A stretch of 63,691 nucleotides of DNA, the filler included, from Guillardia theta CCMP2712 (Eukaryota; Protista; Cryptophyta), in NCBI RefSeq assembly GCF_000315625.1. It is 5 parts of 4 records of this genome, joined end to end, with 100 filler letters (N's around TTAATTAATTAA, not from the genome) between each part and the next. Parts side by side here need not be neighbours in the genome. Positions count along the whole stretch, not along the records: positions 24,500 to 42,481 come from NW_005434454.1; 4 more parts are not named here. The stretch is one strand, 5' to 3'. Positions 24,673 to 38,600 of the stretch are shown here, one piece after another. Positions within the stretch are counted from its first letter, which is position 1. Every line of letters begins with the position of its first letter. Made by a program: the position numbers and the translations under genes. The notes beneath the pieces were generated by a model. That model was not told the DNA's origin. It saw nothing but the letters and a program-made list of their open reading frames with translations, and ran no database searches.

Positions 24673-25795
24673 AGAGCTCGTCTCATCGAACTGGACAATA
24701 ATCCTCCTCGCAGGGCTTCCGGGGGCACAACGACAGGCTTCTCCTCCTCGATACTCCTCTGCTTCTTCTTCTCTTCCCTCTCGACATGGTTCTTCTTCTC
24801 GGCCCCCTTCGTCTGCAGCGACAGAACTTTCACCTCCTTCTTCTGCGTCTCCTCTGCTGACTCTGCCTGCATCTGCAGAAACTTCTGCTCCTCGGTGGTA
24901 AGAACACGAGAAGGAGTGGAGGAGGAAGGGGCCGAGACGCTATTCCCCTCCTCCTCCTCCTCCTCGTCCGACAGGCTCGTCGCCGTCAGCTCCTCCTTCC
25001 TCTTCTTGGACAGCAGGATCTCTGGCGCAGGAGGAGCCATCATCTGCATCTTCGCAGTGATCGGCTTGGCTGCTGCTGCTCTAGCAACGCTGGCGTCCTG
25101 CTCCCTGACAGACAGCATGCAACCCTCGTTCCAGTCCGGGGTCTTCCCGTCGTAGGCTAGCACAGCTTCCTTGTCCCCTCAGCGAAGTTGATGTACGCTG
25201 CCCTCGTAGCCAGCCGATGGTGCATCAGTGCATCAGCCATCTTAATCGAGTGGATCTTGGCATGCTGTGAAAACTCCCTCGAGAGCGGCTCCTGCCCGAC
25301 CGTCCAGTGTACTCCTCTGACCGACACGCTGAACTGAATCTCTTTCACAGCAGCCACTGCCCGAGCGAGAAAGTTTGCCTGCTGTCGGATGCTGATGGAC
25401 ATCCCTTGGTTGAAGGGAGGAGATGTGTTGTTGAGGGCCAGGATGTCAGACGCTTCTCCGGATGAAAAGTTCACTGCAGGCAGACATGTAAGAGGGAGAC
25501 TAAGAGGATGAGCAGGAGGAGCAGGAGGAGGAAGAGAAGGAGCACGAGCGGGAGGAGGGGGAGGAACAGGAAAGAAAAGGGAGAGACATTTCCCCACTGG
25601 TAGTGCTAGGAGGGATACAGCAAGGAATGATTATGGCTCTTACCGTACGCGGCTCCCGTCGTCATGCCGGGCTTGAGAGGAACTTGTTTCACGCTCACAA
25701 CCGATCCAAACTGAGAGAAGAAACTTTGAAGCTCCTCCTCCGACACCCCCGGAGCTATTCCCCTCATGGAGAAGCTGAACTTTATGTTGGACATG
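24500..25795 (-). CDS. RRM-containing protein (partial; 3' end in gap)
   Basis: MSNIKFSFSMRGIAPGVSEEELQSFFSQFGSVVSVKQV...GAAY / VNF gives an RNP2/RNP1 layout. It is followed by a possible second RRM-like segment and a charged tail. Confidence 0.65.
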
Positions 25796-26852
25796 ATCGT
25801 ACTCTCAGGGGCGAAGGAGGGACGGCAGAAAGAGTCGAGGGAGAGAGTTTGAGGGGAGAGAGAGAGAGGGAGAGGTTGGGAAGGAGGCAAAAACAGTCAC
25901 GGCAACAGCTACTGGCCCCTTCCCCTATCTCACTGGAGTAAGAGTGCAGTCATGAAGGTTCCTAGTTGATAGAAAGGAGGTTTGAAGCAGAACACCTCCC
26001 TGTAGAGGAGCAACCTTTGAGGAAGATGTCAGATGTCAAGGAATAAAAAGAGAAGAGTTCGCCACGAAAGATGGCATGTCAAGATCGTTTAAAGAGCCAA
26101 TAAGAGAAAACATGATCATGGTTATGTACAGAAGAGTTTTGAACATTGGAAGCAAACACTTGGAGGGGAAAACAAGAAGTAAGGAAGAGGAAAGCGACTA
26201 GGATTGTGATAATGGAAGGACGAGGAGTAAAGGATTCAGGGAGAAGGAAAAAGTGGAGAGAGGAAGGATATTCAGGATCAGGCTCAGTAGGAGGAGGAGA
26301 GGAAGAAATTCAGGATCAAGATCGTCAGGATGATGAGCAGGATAGGGAGAAGAGGGGGAGGAGGAGAATCAAGGGGACCAGGAGGGGGGGAGGACGGAGG
26401 AGGAGGAGGATAATGAGGAGGGGGATAATGAGGAGGGGGAGGAGGAGGAGGAGATGATGATGATGATGGAGGAGGAGGAGAAGTAAGAGGAGGAGGAGGA
26501 GGAGGAGGAGAAGCAGGAGGCGGCGAAGCAGGACGAGGAGGAGCAGCAGCAGTGTAGCATTTCTTCTGAAGCGATTCGAGAGGATCCAGCACTTCACATC
26601 ATCCCCCTCATACCCGTTACTACCCCGCCTCTCACATCACCCCCCTAATCATAAGTTTTATCTGGGAAAAGGTACCCGTGTTTGAAGTACCCGTCCTTTC
26701 CTCTTCCATTGTTGGGAAATACCACCCCTACCTTGGTCTCCCCTCCTGAAATAGGAAACATGGCTGCTGGTACTGAAACAAGCGCATCATATCAGTTACA
26801 GCACATTCACGATCACAGCACATACTTTCATAACTCTCTTGTCATATCATAT

Positions 26853-27030
26853 CTGCCCTGCCCTGCCCTGCCCTGCCCTGCCCTGCCATGCCATGCCCTG
26901 CCATGCCATGCCATGCCATGCCATGCCATGCCATGCCATGCCATGCCATGCCATGCTCTGCCTTGCTCTGCCTTGCTCTGCCTTTTGCCCTGCCCTGCCC
27001 TGCCCTGCCCTGCCCTCCTCTGCCCTGCTC
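26853..27030. repeat. Compound pentanucleotide microsatellite (CTGCC)n/(CATGC)n
   Basis: The tandem array is directly visible. Confidence 0.95.
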
Positions 27031-27266
27031 TGCTATGTTTTCATTTCCCCCATCCTCCCTTCCCCTCCCTTCAGTTTCCGACCGATCCCAACCGATCCCA
27101 TCCTTTCACATCCCAATTACAATTTCAACCACCACTACAACCACCATTAACAATCCCATCTCACTCGCTCTCTTTTACAGCGCAGACGCTTTCTCATCTG
27201 ACAAGCATGTCAGGTTACGGCAGCATGTCGCTCGTCAGTTGAAACGCCCCTCCCTCCATTACACAA

Positions 27267-28336
27267 ATGTCAAGCTTCCCGCTCGCCGATGGCTTCTTCT
27301 TCTGCATCACGCTCCGTTTCGGTGCATACGCCATCGCGCTCTTGGACTTCGTTTCCTCAATCTTCCTCTTCATCAGCTGCTGTGTGGAACTTGCGAATCC
27401 GGAGATAGTCAATCGGCATGCAGACAACAGTGCGTTCGGTGCCATTGGGAATGGACACACGGAGTTTGGAAGCAGCAGGATTATGATGAGGAGCAGCAGA
27501 GCTTTTCTCCTGCTCTCCTTCTTAACTTTGTACTTCTCTTTCAACGGCGCCATAGCTGCCAGGTCCTTTCTTGCACCATCACAGACACTTTTTCCCCTCT
27601 TCTCGCACTTCTCCCTCGTCCTTGCTGTCTCTCGTCCTCCTTCCCTCCTCCATCCCTCCCTCCCTCCCTCCTCCCTCCCCAACCCTCTCCCTCATCTCCC
27701 TCCTCTCCCTCCCTCCTCTATCATCCCTCACTCCCTCCTGCTCCCTTCCCCATCCCTCACTCCCTCTCTTGCCATACCCATCGGTGAGAGATCTATGAAA
27801 CAGGATAGGACATCTCGAGCATCTCAGAGTTTATCTCCACTGGAAGGCGCTCAAAACGATCCTTACGATCGTCCTCCATGTCCTCCTGCATCGGATCTGG
27901 TGGGATGGATGCGGCATTCTAAGCAACGATGCTTGTCTGGACTTGAAGATGCAGTACATCTTCATGGGGGTGCTCTGGTCCATCCCCGACTTCTACTTCC
28001 TCTGGATAGTGTGGTCATTGTGTGAAATTCTTCTTATCGGCACTGAGGAAGGTTCGTTTCTTCCTCTTCCTCTCTCCCCGTCGTGATCGATCTGTCGCTC
28101 CAGATCTCCGCAAGGCCGGGTATGACATGTGGGACATCGAAGACCGCCGCGCACTGGAGGCCAACGGCTATCAGGTATGGTTCACCTGCTGCCTTCAGCA
28201 AGTGAATGAAAATTGCAGGCTGTTGCATCTACCGCCCGCCCTGGGCAGACTACATGGCTCGTGTAAATATTCAATGTATATCGGCATTGCGAAGAAGGCA
28301 ATGAAACTCTCAGGAGATAGGTGGAGGAAAGCTTAA
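27267..28336 (+). CDS. Small multi-pass membrane protein (multi-exon)
   Basis: MSSFPLADGFFFCITLRFGAYAIALLDF and AFLLLSFLTLYFSFNGAIAA are hydrophobic segments followed by short exons. Confidence 0.5.
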
Positions 28337-28434
28337 TGAATGGAATGAGATCACTTTCAACATACTCCATGCATCCAAATTTTGTATTTGATGATGTCCT
28401 AAGAACATAGTGGTCTAGAGGTAACTTTCGGAGT

Positions 28435-29002
<568 letters not shown>

Positions 29003-29976
29003 TCAAGAAAAAAATCCACACACTCAAGGCAGACTCATGACACGCCCTCAACCTTGTCTACCTTACAAGAAGTAAAGCAAGGGCTACACCACCCTCATAC
29101 CCGGTTGCGCAAGGTCTGAATCTACATCTATGATCTCCTTCTCAATCTAGATAAAGTGAGTTTTGCTGTTGCCCTGTGACAACAGAACACTCACATAAAC
29201 CCTTCACTGGTAACACATATACCCTCGTCTCACACAAGCCAATCGTCCTCTGAACACACTGACGAAATTCTAGCGTTTCACGGTTTGGAACTTCCTCATA
29301 TAATGCCGACATCATAAACAACGTAAGAACATCAATGTTTGCTAACAAGATGTTCCTAAGAAGATGTTTCTCATTCCTTTCCACGCGTCATAAGCTAGAT
29401 GATCACCCTTCATACATTCTCGTCCCCTTGTTTGCCTTGACCCCTCAATTATCTCATCTCACTTTTCCATCCTTCCTGAATGGAACCTTCATTATCAGTA
29501 TTCTCACCATCAGAACATTGAAATATTTTCAAAGAGCCGTTTACAAACGCGCATTTCTTTACCCAACACGCTTGCTCATCACATCACTTATAACTTCGCA
29601 GGAGTACGTCACATCGCCACTCACTCTCAACCATATACTCAACTCTCCATCCCATCACCATCGATTGTCAACAGAGCATCTATCTCCACCTCTGACGCCC
29701 ATCCTTCAATCTCACCCTCCCCCCTCCTCCTCCCTCGCGTCCCTCTCCTCCTCGCCTCGTCTCCTTCTTTCTCCCCGACATGCGCCGCCACCTAAAAAAG
29801 AAGTCCTCGTGCTCCTGCTTATGTTCTTTTTTCATACGTTACAAGGTCGTTGATAAACAGTTATTGTCGTTATATTTGACCGTTATTACCGATATTGATT
29901 ACGAAAGGAGGGGTCCTGGAAGAGGTCATGGGATGGGTGATGAGAGGGATCGTAGCGCTCTAAGGCGAAGGTGGAA

Positions 29977-30916
29977 ATGGAGGGGAAGGTTGGGGGACAG
30001 GAGGAGGAGGAGGAGGAGGAGGAGGAGGAGGAGGAGGAGGAGGAGGAGGAGGAGGAGGCTTTGAGAGTTGTTCACATAACAGACTTTCATGTCTTCAAAG
30101 ACCCATCATCCATGCTTTCCTCCGGCATACTGCCCTACGAATCCCTCAAGTTTATAGTGCAGAATGCCCTGAGTGTCGCAACTCAACCCGACGCTGTCTT
30201 GATGACTGGGGATTTCACACACGACGAGTCCATCGAGGCGTATGAAATGATAGCTGATCTTATTGCTAAGGCCTGGAACACAAAGAACACCCCTGTCCTT
30301 TACGTCCCTGGGAACCATGATGACGTCGGAAGAATGTCCGAAGTCTTCATGAAGCATGGAATGGTTGGATCAAACGGACCCGGCAGGCCGTGCGCTTTCC
30401 CGCTAGGCGCATGGAGTATTCTGATGGTATCTACGCACGTTGAAGGCGAGATCTTCGGGAGGATAGAGGATGGGGACCTGCGGTGGATAGAGAGCTCGCT
30501 GAGTGAACGACGGGGACAACCGTGTGTCCTGGCAATCCACCACCCCCCACTATCACCAGAACCAAGAACGCAGGTACCCGTCTTTCTTGCAGACACTTTC
30601 ATAGCATAAATGTGTTCTCTTGCAGGAAAACCTTTGGACAGAAAACTGTCTCAAAAACGGAGAAGAGCTCCTTGCCGTGCTGTCAAACCACCCCAATGCG
30701 AGGCTGATGCTTCACGGTCACCTCCACTCCGACACGCGATGCCGGGCAACTATTAGCTGCATGCAAGTCGGAGCTCCCGCTACCTGCCATCAGTATGATC
30801 CCACGAAGGGCTGGAGGCCTGGTCCTTGCTGCCTTGAACCTGGGTTTCAGATGGTATCGCTGCGGAAGGACGGTACCTTCGACCTTGATGCTAGACTTGT
30901 ACCTTTCCTGCCTTGA
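29977..30916 (+). CDS. Calcineurin-like metallophosphoesterase, CpdA/Icc-type cyclic-nucleotide phosphodiesterase
   Basis: Motifs are HITDFH, TGDFTHD, PGNHD, HHPP and HGHLH. There is one intron at about 30573-30625 and an N-terminal (GAG)19 poly-Glu run. Confidence 0.85.
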
Positions 30917-31029
30917 TCTCGGTGCGAACTTGACACAGGGCCGCATTCTTGTACATGCATCATCTCTTCTTTCAAGTTCCTATGACTCGTGTAGATTCTT
31001 GAATTCAGTGTTTCATTAGTAAGTCAGAC

Positions 31030-31660
31030 GGACGGTCATCCCATGACCCGATGGTCAGGTGTCAAAAGTTCCGGCGTTGGCAATTCACTCACTGAGTCCG
31101 ACGGTCCGATCAGTCACACGGTGTGCCGGGCGGCCGGCAAGCCTTGAAGTTGGGCCGCCGGTGGCACTGTCAGTGTACCGCCGCGAGTCGGACCCGGAGT
31201 CGCCCGGGCGGCCACGGCCCGCCGGGGCGCCGCCCGGCCGCGGCGGTGTCGGACGGTCCGAGGTCACCGGCACTGCACGCACCGTCACGGTTGGTGACAC
31301 CGCGGCCACGGCGGGCCGGCCGGGCCCGGCGCTGCCGCAGACTGTGCCGGGAAGTGAGCGGCTACCACGGTGCCACGGACCGTGACACTGACGGACGGTC
31401 ACTGAGGCCAGTGAGCCTCCGTGGCACCGCGCTCCCGGGCGAGGCTCGGCAAGCGCGGCCCATGCCATGATGGTCACTGTGCCCGAGTCGGCAGGGGCTC
31501 CATTGAACCGTCAGTACGCTCGCCGCCCGGCCGGCCGCGGGCGGGCCGCCGCGGCGAATCCCGGAGCCTCCACTCAGCCGGGCCCGCCGGGCAGTGCCGC
31601 GCGCCGCAGGCAGGGCAGTGCCGGGCCGCCGCCCGGCCGTCCGACTCTGCCACTCAGGTT
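31030..31660. repeat. Second extremely GC-rich palindromic-motif island
   Basis: It has the same word composition as 15925-16568. Confidence 0.55.
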
Positions 31661-33069
31661 GCTTGAAGTACCACTGTGACTCATAAAAAAAATTTGTACC
31701 CTACCCTCTTTTGTCAACCGTGATTCAGGAAAACTTTGGGTGGTAGGAATGATGGGGGTAGTAGGTGGACCTTGAGTCCCTGTCCACGTCATCCTCGAGG
31801 GGTACGTTGTCATCAAGTACCGGTACTTTTGATATAAGAATAAACCTCATGATAAGGGTAGGGTAGTACACCCTTCTTTTCATTGAGTCAAGTACCGGTG
31901 GTATCAAAGCCATTCTTGTACCCCATGGACGCATTCAAGGTACCCCTCCATTCATACTGGAACCACCCACCCCATTGAACACGTCAGACTACCACTACCC
32001 CCCTTGTCAATACTGATCACTCATAAATCACCCATCAGGATCTACCACCCTACCCCTATTCCACCCCACCTAAAATTGTCCGCTGATCCACTACCCTATT
32101 CAAAATTAACCCTACCCTGGTATTTCTCTTCACTTTGCCTCCATTTTACCCCTTCCGTAACTCAGAGGAATTTCCCACCCCTGCTCACACTACCCCCACC
32201 CACCGCTTGGAACCACTCCCAGGAATCCCCATTCCTACACGATTACCACCCATCGGGACAAGCACCCACCCCCGTAAAGCCCAGTCACACCCAGAGTTCC
32301 TGGTCCTATCACCCCTACCTACCTGATAGGAAGGATTTTGTGAGATATGGAGGGGTATGCAAGTTATTTACCACCCACCCTGGCATTGATCCCTTTCACT
32401 CTTGCTGACCCCTACCCAGATTGATCTAGTACCCCACCCCTTGTGACATCACCTGCTCACACGACCATGTAGTCGCCTTCCGCTGGCGAAAATGTTTCCT
32501 CCCTCCCTCCCTCCCTCACCCCGCTTCATCCTCCCCCTCCTTCTCATGCTCCTCCTCCTCCTCCTCCTCCTCCTCCTCATCCTCATTTGTGTTGATGTCC
32601 AGTGCCACAACAACCTCTCCTCTTTCACAAGCCTGTTCGTTCAACAACCTTCTTGTTCGTTCAACACCAATTATGATCTGATGTTTTGCCAGTGTCGATG
32701 GGTCGATTCCCTCTACCTTTGCACTCTGTCGCTTCTCCTTCCTCTATGCAATCCTTGTTGCGACTATCTTTACTCGCCATCCTGGTTTCATCGTGCCAGT
32801 TTCCTTCGTCGCCATCTTCCGTTCCTCTGTCCCATGTACACTGGCAGTCTGATTCTTGGAGTGATCCACATCTGCATAACCATGCATCATCCATACTTCT
32901 CTATAGATTCACTCCACTATAAGCTTCCTGCAGTTATCTGAATGTGTTTCAACATCCGAGAGAGTGCCGATATGCCTGTCTGTTCTTGAGGAAGGTTCAC
33001 TTCGGATAGGAGTCAAGAGATCAGTTGGAGGAGTATGGTTGGTATGACGGTGCTGACTGAGCGGTCAGG

Positions 33070-35077
33070 ATGGATGAGACTAAGGAAAACCCTTACGTGA
33101 AGACAGTGAGCAAGGTAAGTCTCACAGCCCTCCCTGGATCGGGATTGACGTGAGACAACAGCGTCTTCGTAATGTTAGGAAAAAGCTGCTCAAGATCGAA
33201 GGGCTGGAGACCAAGACAGAGAGCTTGAACGCTGAGCAAGAAGTGTTGGTTCAGAGCAAGCCAACGCTCAAAGTCTTGAACGATGAGCTCCAACAAATCC
33301 TCTTGACCTTCGAGACTCTCGAAGTCTCTGCGGAGGCTGGGAATGTCCTCGAGGTAAGAACCAACCGCTCTCTCCCTCTCTGCTCCTCCTCGCCACTTCT
33401 TTCATCTTTCTATCCATCGTTTTCCTTCTGGCTCCCCCCCTCCATCTCTCGCTGCTGCCCGTCTCACTGTGCCTGCAGCAGCCCAAGAGCTCGGATTCCA
33501 ACACGAGCAAGCCGCAGATGAATGGAGATGAAGGAGACGATCTCAAGGTGTCAGAGACTGATTCCAACGACACGTTCAGCAGCCAGGGACAGCAGCAGAT
33601 CAAACCTGAGGCAGCTGAGGAGAGCAGAGTTGCAGGAGAAACGAACCTCACGGCCTCTGACTCCACTCCCTCCGTGGAGGGAGAGGCGGCAGGAGCAAAC
33701 GGAGAGGACAAGGTCTCGGATGCAGCCCTCAGCAGGCTGTTGGAGAGCGTGGCCGTGCTTGTGAAGACTCTAAACATGCTATCGAACCCGATGTTGTATC
33801 AGCAGCTCCTTTACGTCTTCCCCGACCATATCCTCCGTGACATTGTCAGACTTGCCCACCTCTGTCTCGAAATGCCAACCTTTGACAACACAGGAAACGT
33901 CATCATGTCAGTACTCTCCTTCCTCCTGCCTCCCTCCTTCTCCTGTTCTCTTCTCCTGTCGCTCTCCAGTGCTGACTTCCCTCGATTGTTGTCTCCTCCA
34001 TTGCCTTCCCGCGCCTACCTCGTGCCTCCTCCTGTCTCACAGCTCTCTACAGGAAGCAGGAGCTGCCAGGTGTGGAGCATCTGAGGAGATACGCTGAGTA
34101 CAGCGAGGAGAGAGTGAAGATTATCACTGTCGGAGACAACTCTATGTACTTGTCCTGCTCCTACGGCGACCTCGCCAAGGGAGTAAAGCACATCTTCGAC
34201 TATATCGCACAGGTGGAGGACAGCTGGGCTGGTGCTGGGATCGGGTCATCTGATCTGCTACAGGTCAACGCTGTCTTCGCACAGAGGGCACAGGGGATGG
34301 CGGATCAAGCGCCCCCTCATGGGATCGACATGGCTCAGCCCTATCCTGCCACCGCCATGCCCTCCTCTCCTTACATGGCCGGCCCGGCCCCGGCCAATTT
34401 CGCTATGCAGCGAGGTGACAGGAGCGCTTGGTGGTGGAGCGTCGAGTGCTGACGTCACTCGCTCTAGTTGGAATGATGCCCGAGGTAGCGTATGACCCGA
34501 CCATGCAGCCGATGGCCGAGGCCATGCAGGGCCAGCAAGCGGTCAGTTCAGACGCGCTTCTCCTCCTCTCTGACCCTTCGCCTCAGGTCTATGCCGCTAC
34601 CGCAGCCAGCGGGTGGGACTTCACCATGCCGATGTACGCGGCTGGTCAGGACAGGAAGGGCAACAGAGGCATGCGCAACTTTCCTGGAGGGAATCACGGA
34701 CAAGGTAGTAGACAGCGAAGAGAGGAGGGAAAAGGAGATATAGGTGGGAGAGGATGGAGGAGGAGGAGAGGGAGGAGGGAGGGGGAGATGTGACGGTCAC
34801 TGAAGGAGAATCAGGTGGACGAGTCAGAGATCATCAGGCTCGTCACAAGGGCAAGAAGCAGACGAGATATGACAACGGAAACGGGCAGAGAGGAGGAGAG
34901 GGCGAGGGCGAGGGAAGGAACCAACGAGACAACAGGGGGGATGGGGGGAGGCGAGATCGGGGGCAGAAGGGATCCAAAGGAAACTGGATGGGACAGAATC
35001 ATGCTGGCCCGCAGCAAGTGGGTAAGCAGGGAAATGCGGAGGGAGGTCAGCAGGAGGCGGAGGAAGCAACAGCTTAA
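33070..35077 (+). CDS. Caprin-1-like / RGG-tailed RNA-binding protein (multi-exon)
   Basis: VKTVSK / RLRNVRKKLLKIEGLETKTESLNAEQEVLVQSK resembles the Caprin HR1 coiled coil. The C-terminus is Q/P/M-rich and then RG-rich. Confidence 0.5.
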
Positions 35078-35635
35078 GCTGGATATGTATTCTTTTGTAC
35101 AGCGACGAGGGCAGAGGAAGAGAGGAATAGGATGTTTATTGTTCTTATTGTTGAGTGTGAAGTACGAGGAACAAAGCCAGGAGGGGAGGTAAAGGTGTGA
35201 GGTAGAGGGAGCAGGTAGAGGAGTGGGGAGAAGAGGTAGATGGCAAGGTAGAGGTGACAAGAAGGTATGAGGCGGGAGGTGTTGGTGATTAGAAACTGTC
35301 ATGTGGTATTGTCGTATCATAACATATCATGTCATGTAAATCGGAGAGTGTTTGGGTATTCCTTGGATTCATTGAATGATTTCAGCATGAAAGACTCTTC
35401 TTTGCCGAGTATCGGAGTGCCGAGCTGATAACGCTGCACCTCGTCACCCAACAGGAGGTCGAGATCAACCAATCAGCAGCTGCAGAGGCGACGGAGGACA
35501 GTTTGGTGTGTGTACAGGAGGGGAGGGGAACAAATCATCAGCTCGTATCCTCCTCCATCTGCACGCGAGCTGCCCAATGGCAGCTCCCAATGGCAGCTCC
35601 GCGTCTTCAGTCCCTGCGGCACATCGCTCCCGTGC

Positions 35636-38600
35636 TTACGCTCTTCGCTGTAGGCGAGGATCGTTCTAGGTGGAGTGCAGGTGAGGTCGAGCAAGGGGCA
35701 AGGGGAGAAGCTTACAGGAGCCTTGGGAGTGGAAGAGCCGAAGCTGGTGTTGGCACCCCCGAACGCCATGCCCGGCGAGCCCTGCATGGAGACGGCAGCA
35801 GTGAAAGAAGCGCCGCCACCCGACCCGAAGCCACCGAAAGAGGTACCTCCACCTGAGGCATGGAGAGTGAGGAGAGCAAGGTAGGCGGGCAGGAGGAAGC
35901 GAGCAGGACAGTAAGAGAGAGGAGGAACAGGGGAGCAATAAAACACAAGGCAAAGAGGAGGAAGAGAGGAGCAGGAGAGCGGGTTCCGAAAGAACGAGGG
36001 GTAGAAGGCATGGCATCGGTCTCCCCGACAGCTGGCTGGAGGGCCAAGGAAGCAGGAGGATTTGCCGGTGCTCACCAAAGGTTGTTCCACCAGGAGACGA
36101 GAAGGACGAGAAGGAAGCAGCGGTTTGTGTTGAACTGCCCAGAGCCTGCGCATGCGGTCGGCCGGGGATCAGACAGGACTAGCAAGTTGCACCTGCTGCT
36201 GCCCGAAGGCGATGGTACTCTGTGAAGAGGAAGTTCCGAAAGAGAAGCTTGCTCCTGTCTTGGCTCCTCCAAGGGGCTGCGAGGTTCCGAAGGAGGGAGT
36301 AGCCTAGCAAGCGATCAGAGCACATTAGGGCAACCATGGCACTTTCAACCTGAGACGCGAAACCTGTCGGGCAAGTCAAAGTCAGCCCATCACACACAAG
36401 GAGCAGGGAAGACGGACCGAAGGATGTTGAAGTCGATCCAAACCCAAAGCCTGTTCCTGTCGACCCTCCGAAGCCTGCTCCTGTCGACCCTCCGAAGCCC
36501 GTTCCTGTAGACCCTCCGAAGCCCGTTCCTGTCGACCCTCCGAAGCCTGTTCCCGTCGACCCTCCGAAGCCCGTTCCTGTAGACCCTCCGAAGCCTGTTC
36601 CTGTCGACCCTCCGAAGCCCGTTCCTGTCGACCCTCCGAAGCCCGTTCCTGTCGACCCTCCGAAGCCTGTTCCTGTCGACCCTCCGAAGCCTGTTCCTGT
36701 CGACCCTCCGAAGCCTGTTCCTGTCGACCCTCCGAAGCCCGTTCCTGTCGACCCTCCGAAGCCTGTTCCCGTCGACCCTCCGAAGCCCGTTCCTGTAGAC
36801 CCTCCGAAGCCTGTTCCCGTCGACCCTCCGAAGCCCGTTCCTGTCGACCCTCCGAAGCCTGTTCCTGTCGACCCTCCGAAGCCTGTTCCTGTCGACCCTC
36901 CGAAGCCCGTTCCTGTCGACCCTCCGAAGCCTGTTCCTGTCGACCCTCCGAAGCCCGTTCCTGTCGACCCTCCGAAGCCTGTTCCTGTCGACCCTCCGAA
37001 GCCCGTTCCAGTCGACGACCCAGCACCAAGGGATAGTCCAGAAAAGCCTGGCAGTCCGCATGTTACGGGGATCTCCAGCAAGCAAGAGGTCACCTGTAGA
37101 TGCTGGGGTTCCTGTTGACAAGGATCGAACCGAAGTGAGGACAGGGGGAAAGAAGAAACTCGTGAGCGATCGAGCATGGGATCAGGTGCCAACATCAGTA
37201 CCTGACGCTCCTGACGCTGAACCGAACAAAGGAGCAGCACTTGCATCCTGCTGATCAATCAGCATGGGGGGGTTGAACCCTCAATGGAGGGTCAAAGGTG
37301 ACCTTCTTTTCTGACGCTGGGGTGGAGCTCTGAACTGCAGATGGAGCAGGAGCCTTTTCCAAGGACAAATCTGTGGCGAGCATGCTGTCCAAGATGTCGT
37401 CTTCTTCGTCCTGTTTCGAAGAGCCTCATTTGAACTCCTTTGCATCATGGAGACAATCCAGACCTCGTCGTTGGAGTCGTCAGGTAGTCCAACCTCATTT
37501 GCAGCTGAAATCAGACTCTTTTCTACAGAGAATCTCGTGACTCGTTGCTACAAGGATCAAGTTTCATGTTCCTACCAGCACTGTCGGCCTTGAACGAAAG
37601 CTTTCATGGGGTACAGTCAGAAATTAAAGCGATCGTTCGCAAATCACCACCTTGGAAGCAGATCCTGCATCGGGGCTTGCTCCTGAAGGAATGGTGAGCA
37701 TGAGAGGGTGTTGAGGTTTCTTCACCTAGGCCAGAAGGTGTCTCAGCCTTGGCAGGCGTTGAGAGGTTAGCCGAGGGATTCTTCAAAGTCAAGTCAGAGG
37801 CGGTTGGCTTTCTTGAAAGGGGAATCACTTTTTCTGGGGTTGATGTCTTGTCAGCTGCCGCCGGCAAACCGAACCCTTGGAACTAAGTCAGTCGCTGTTC
37901 ACACCGAATGGACTAGCAGGTCGAGATTCCTTCTGAGATACCTCCAGATGAAGCAAAGGAGAACGAGGGTGTGGCACTGGATGAACCGAAGGACGACCCA
38001 AAGGAGGTGGAACCTAAGGCAATGTCAGCGAACAAGCACACAAAGTTCACCGACTACCACTGGTCGAAGCACCGAAGCCTGTTACAAGAATGGAATCAGA
38101 TCGAAGCAAGATGGCCCCAAAATTCACGCTCACCAGAAGAGGTTGATTTTGTAGCAAATGCCATACCTGAAGAACAAATGTCAAATCGCTCCCACCGTGT
38201 CGACAAATGAGATACCAAAAGTAGGAGCAGTGCTGGAGGAGGAGGCGGAGGATGAGGGGGCGGAGGAGGAGCTGGACGGATTGAAGGCTATCAAAATGAA
38301 ACAATCACTTCATGTAAAGTAGAAAGCATCATGCAATACAGAAAAGTGAAGTTCCTCCAGTGCCTGTGCCAAATCCTTGAGCAAGTCCCAAGTAAGAACA
38401 GGAAAAAACATGAAGTATTGAATGCAAAACAAGCTACCAGAGCTAGTGGCAGGGGTTCCAAACCCTGAAGACCCGAATCCAGAGCTAGTAGCAGGGGTTC
38501 CAAACCCTGAAGGCCAGGACGTTTGACAAGCAGTTGAGCCCAACTCAGTTGACATACCAAAAGAGGTGGTCGTTGCAGAACCGGTGCTAGCAAGCCCAAA

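Noticed and set aside
26839-27787. Cys/Pro/His repeat proteins (PCHAM, PCPAL)
   Set aside because: They are translations of a pentanucleotide microsatellite.
36382-37121. Alternative-frame repeat ORFs (RASEGRQEQ, RRVDRNRL)
   Set aside because: These are shadow frames of the FG repeat. Nucleotide variation is synonymous in the GFGGSTGT frame.
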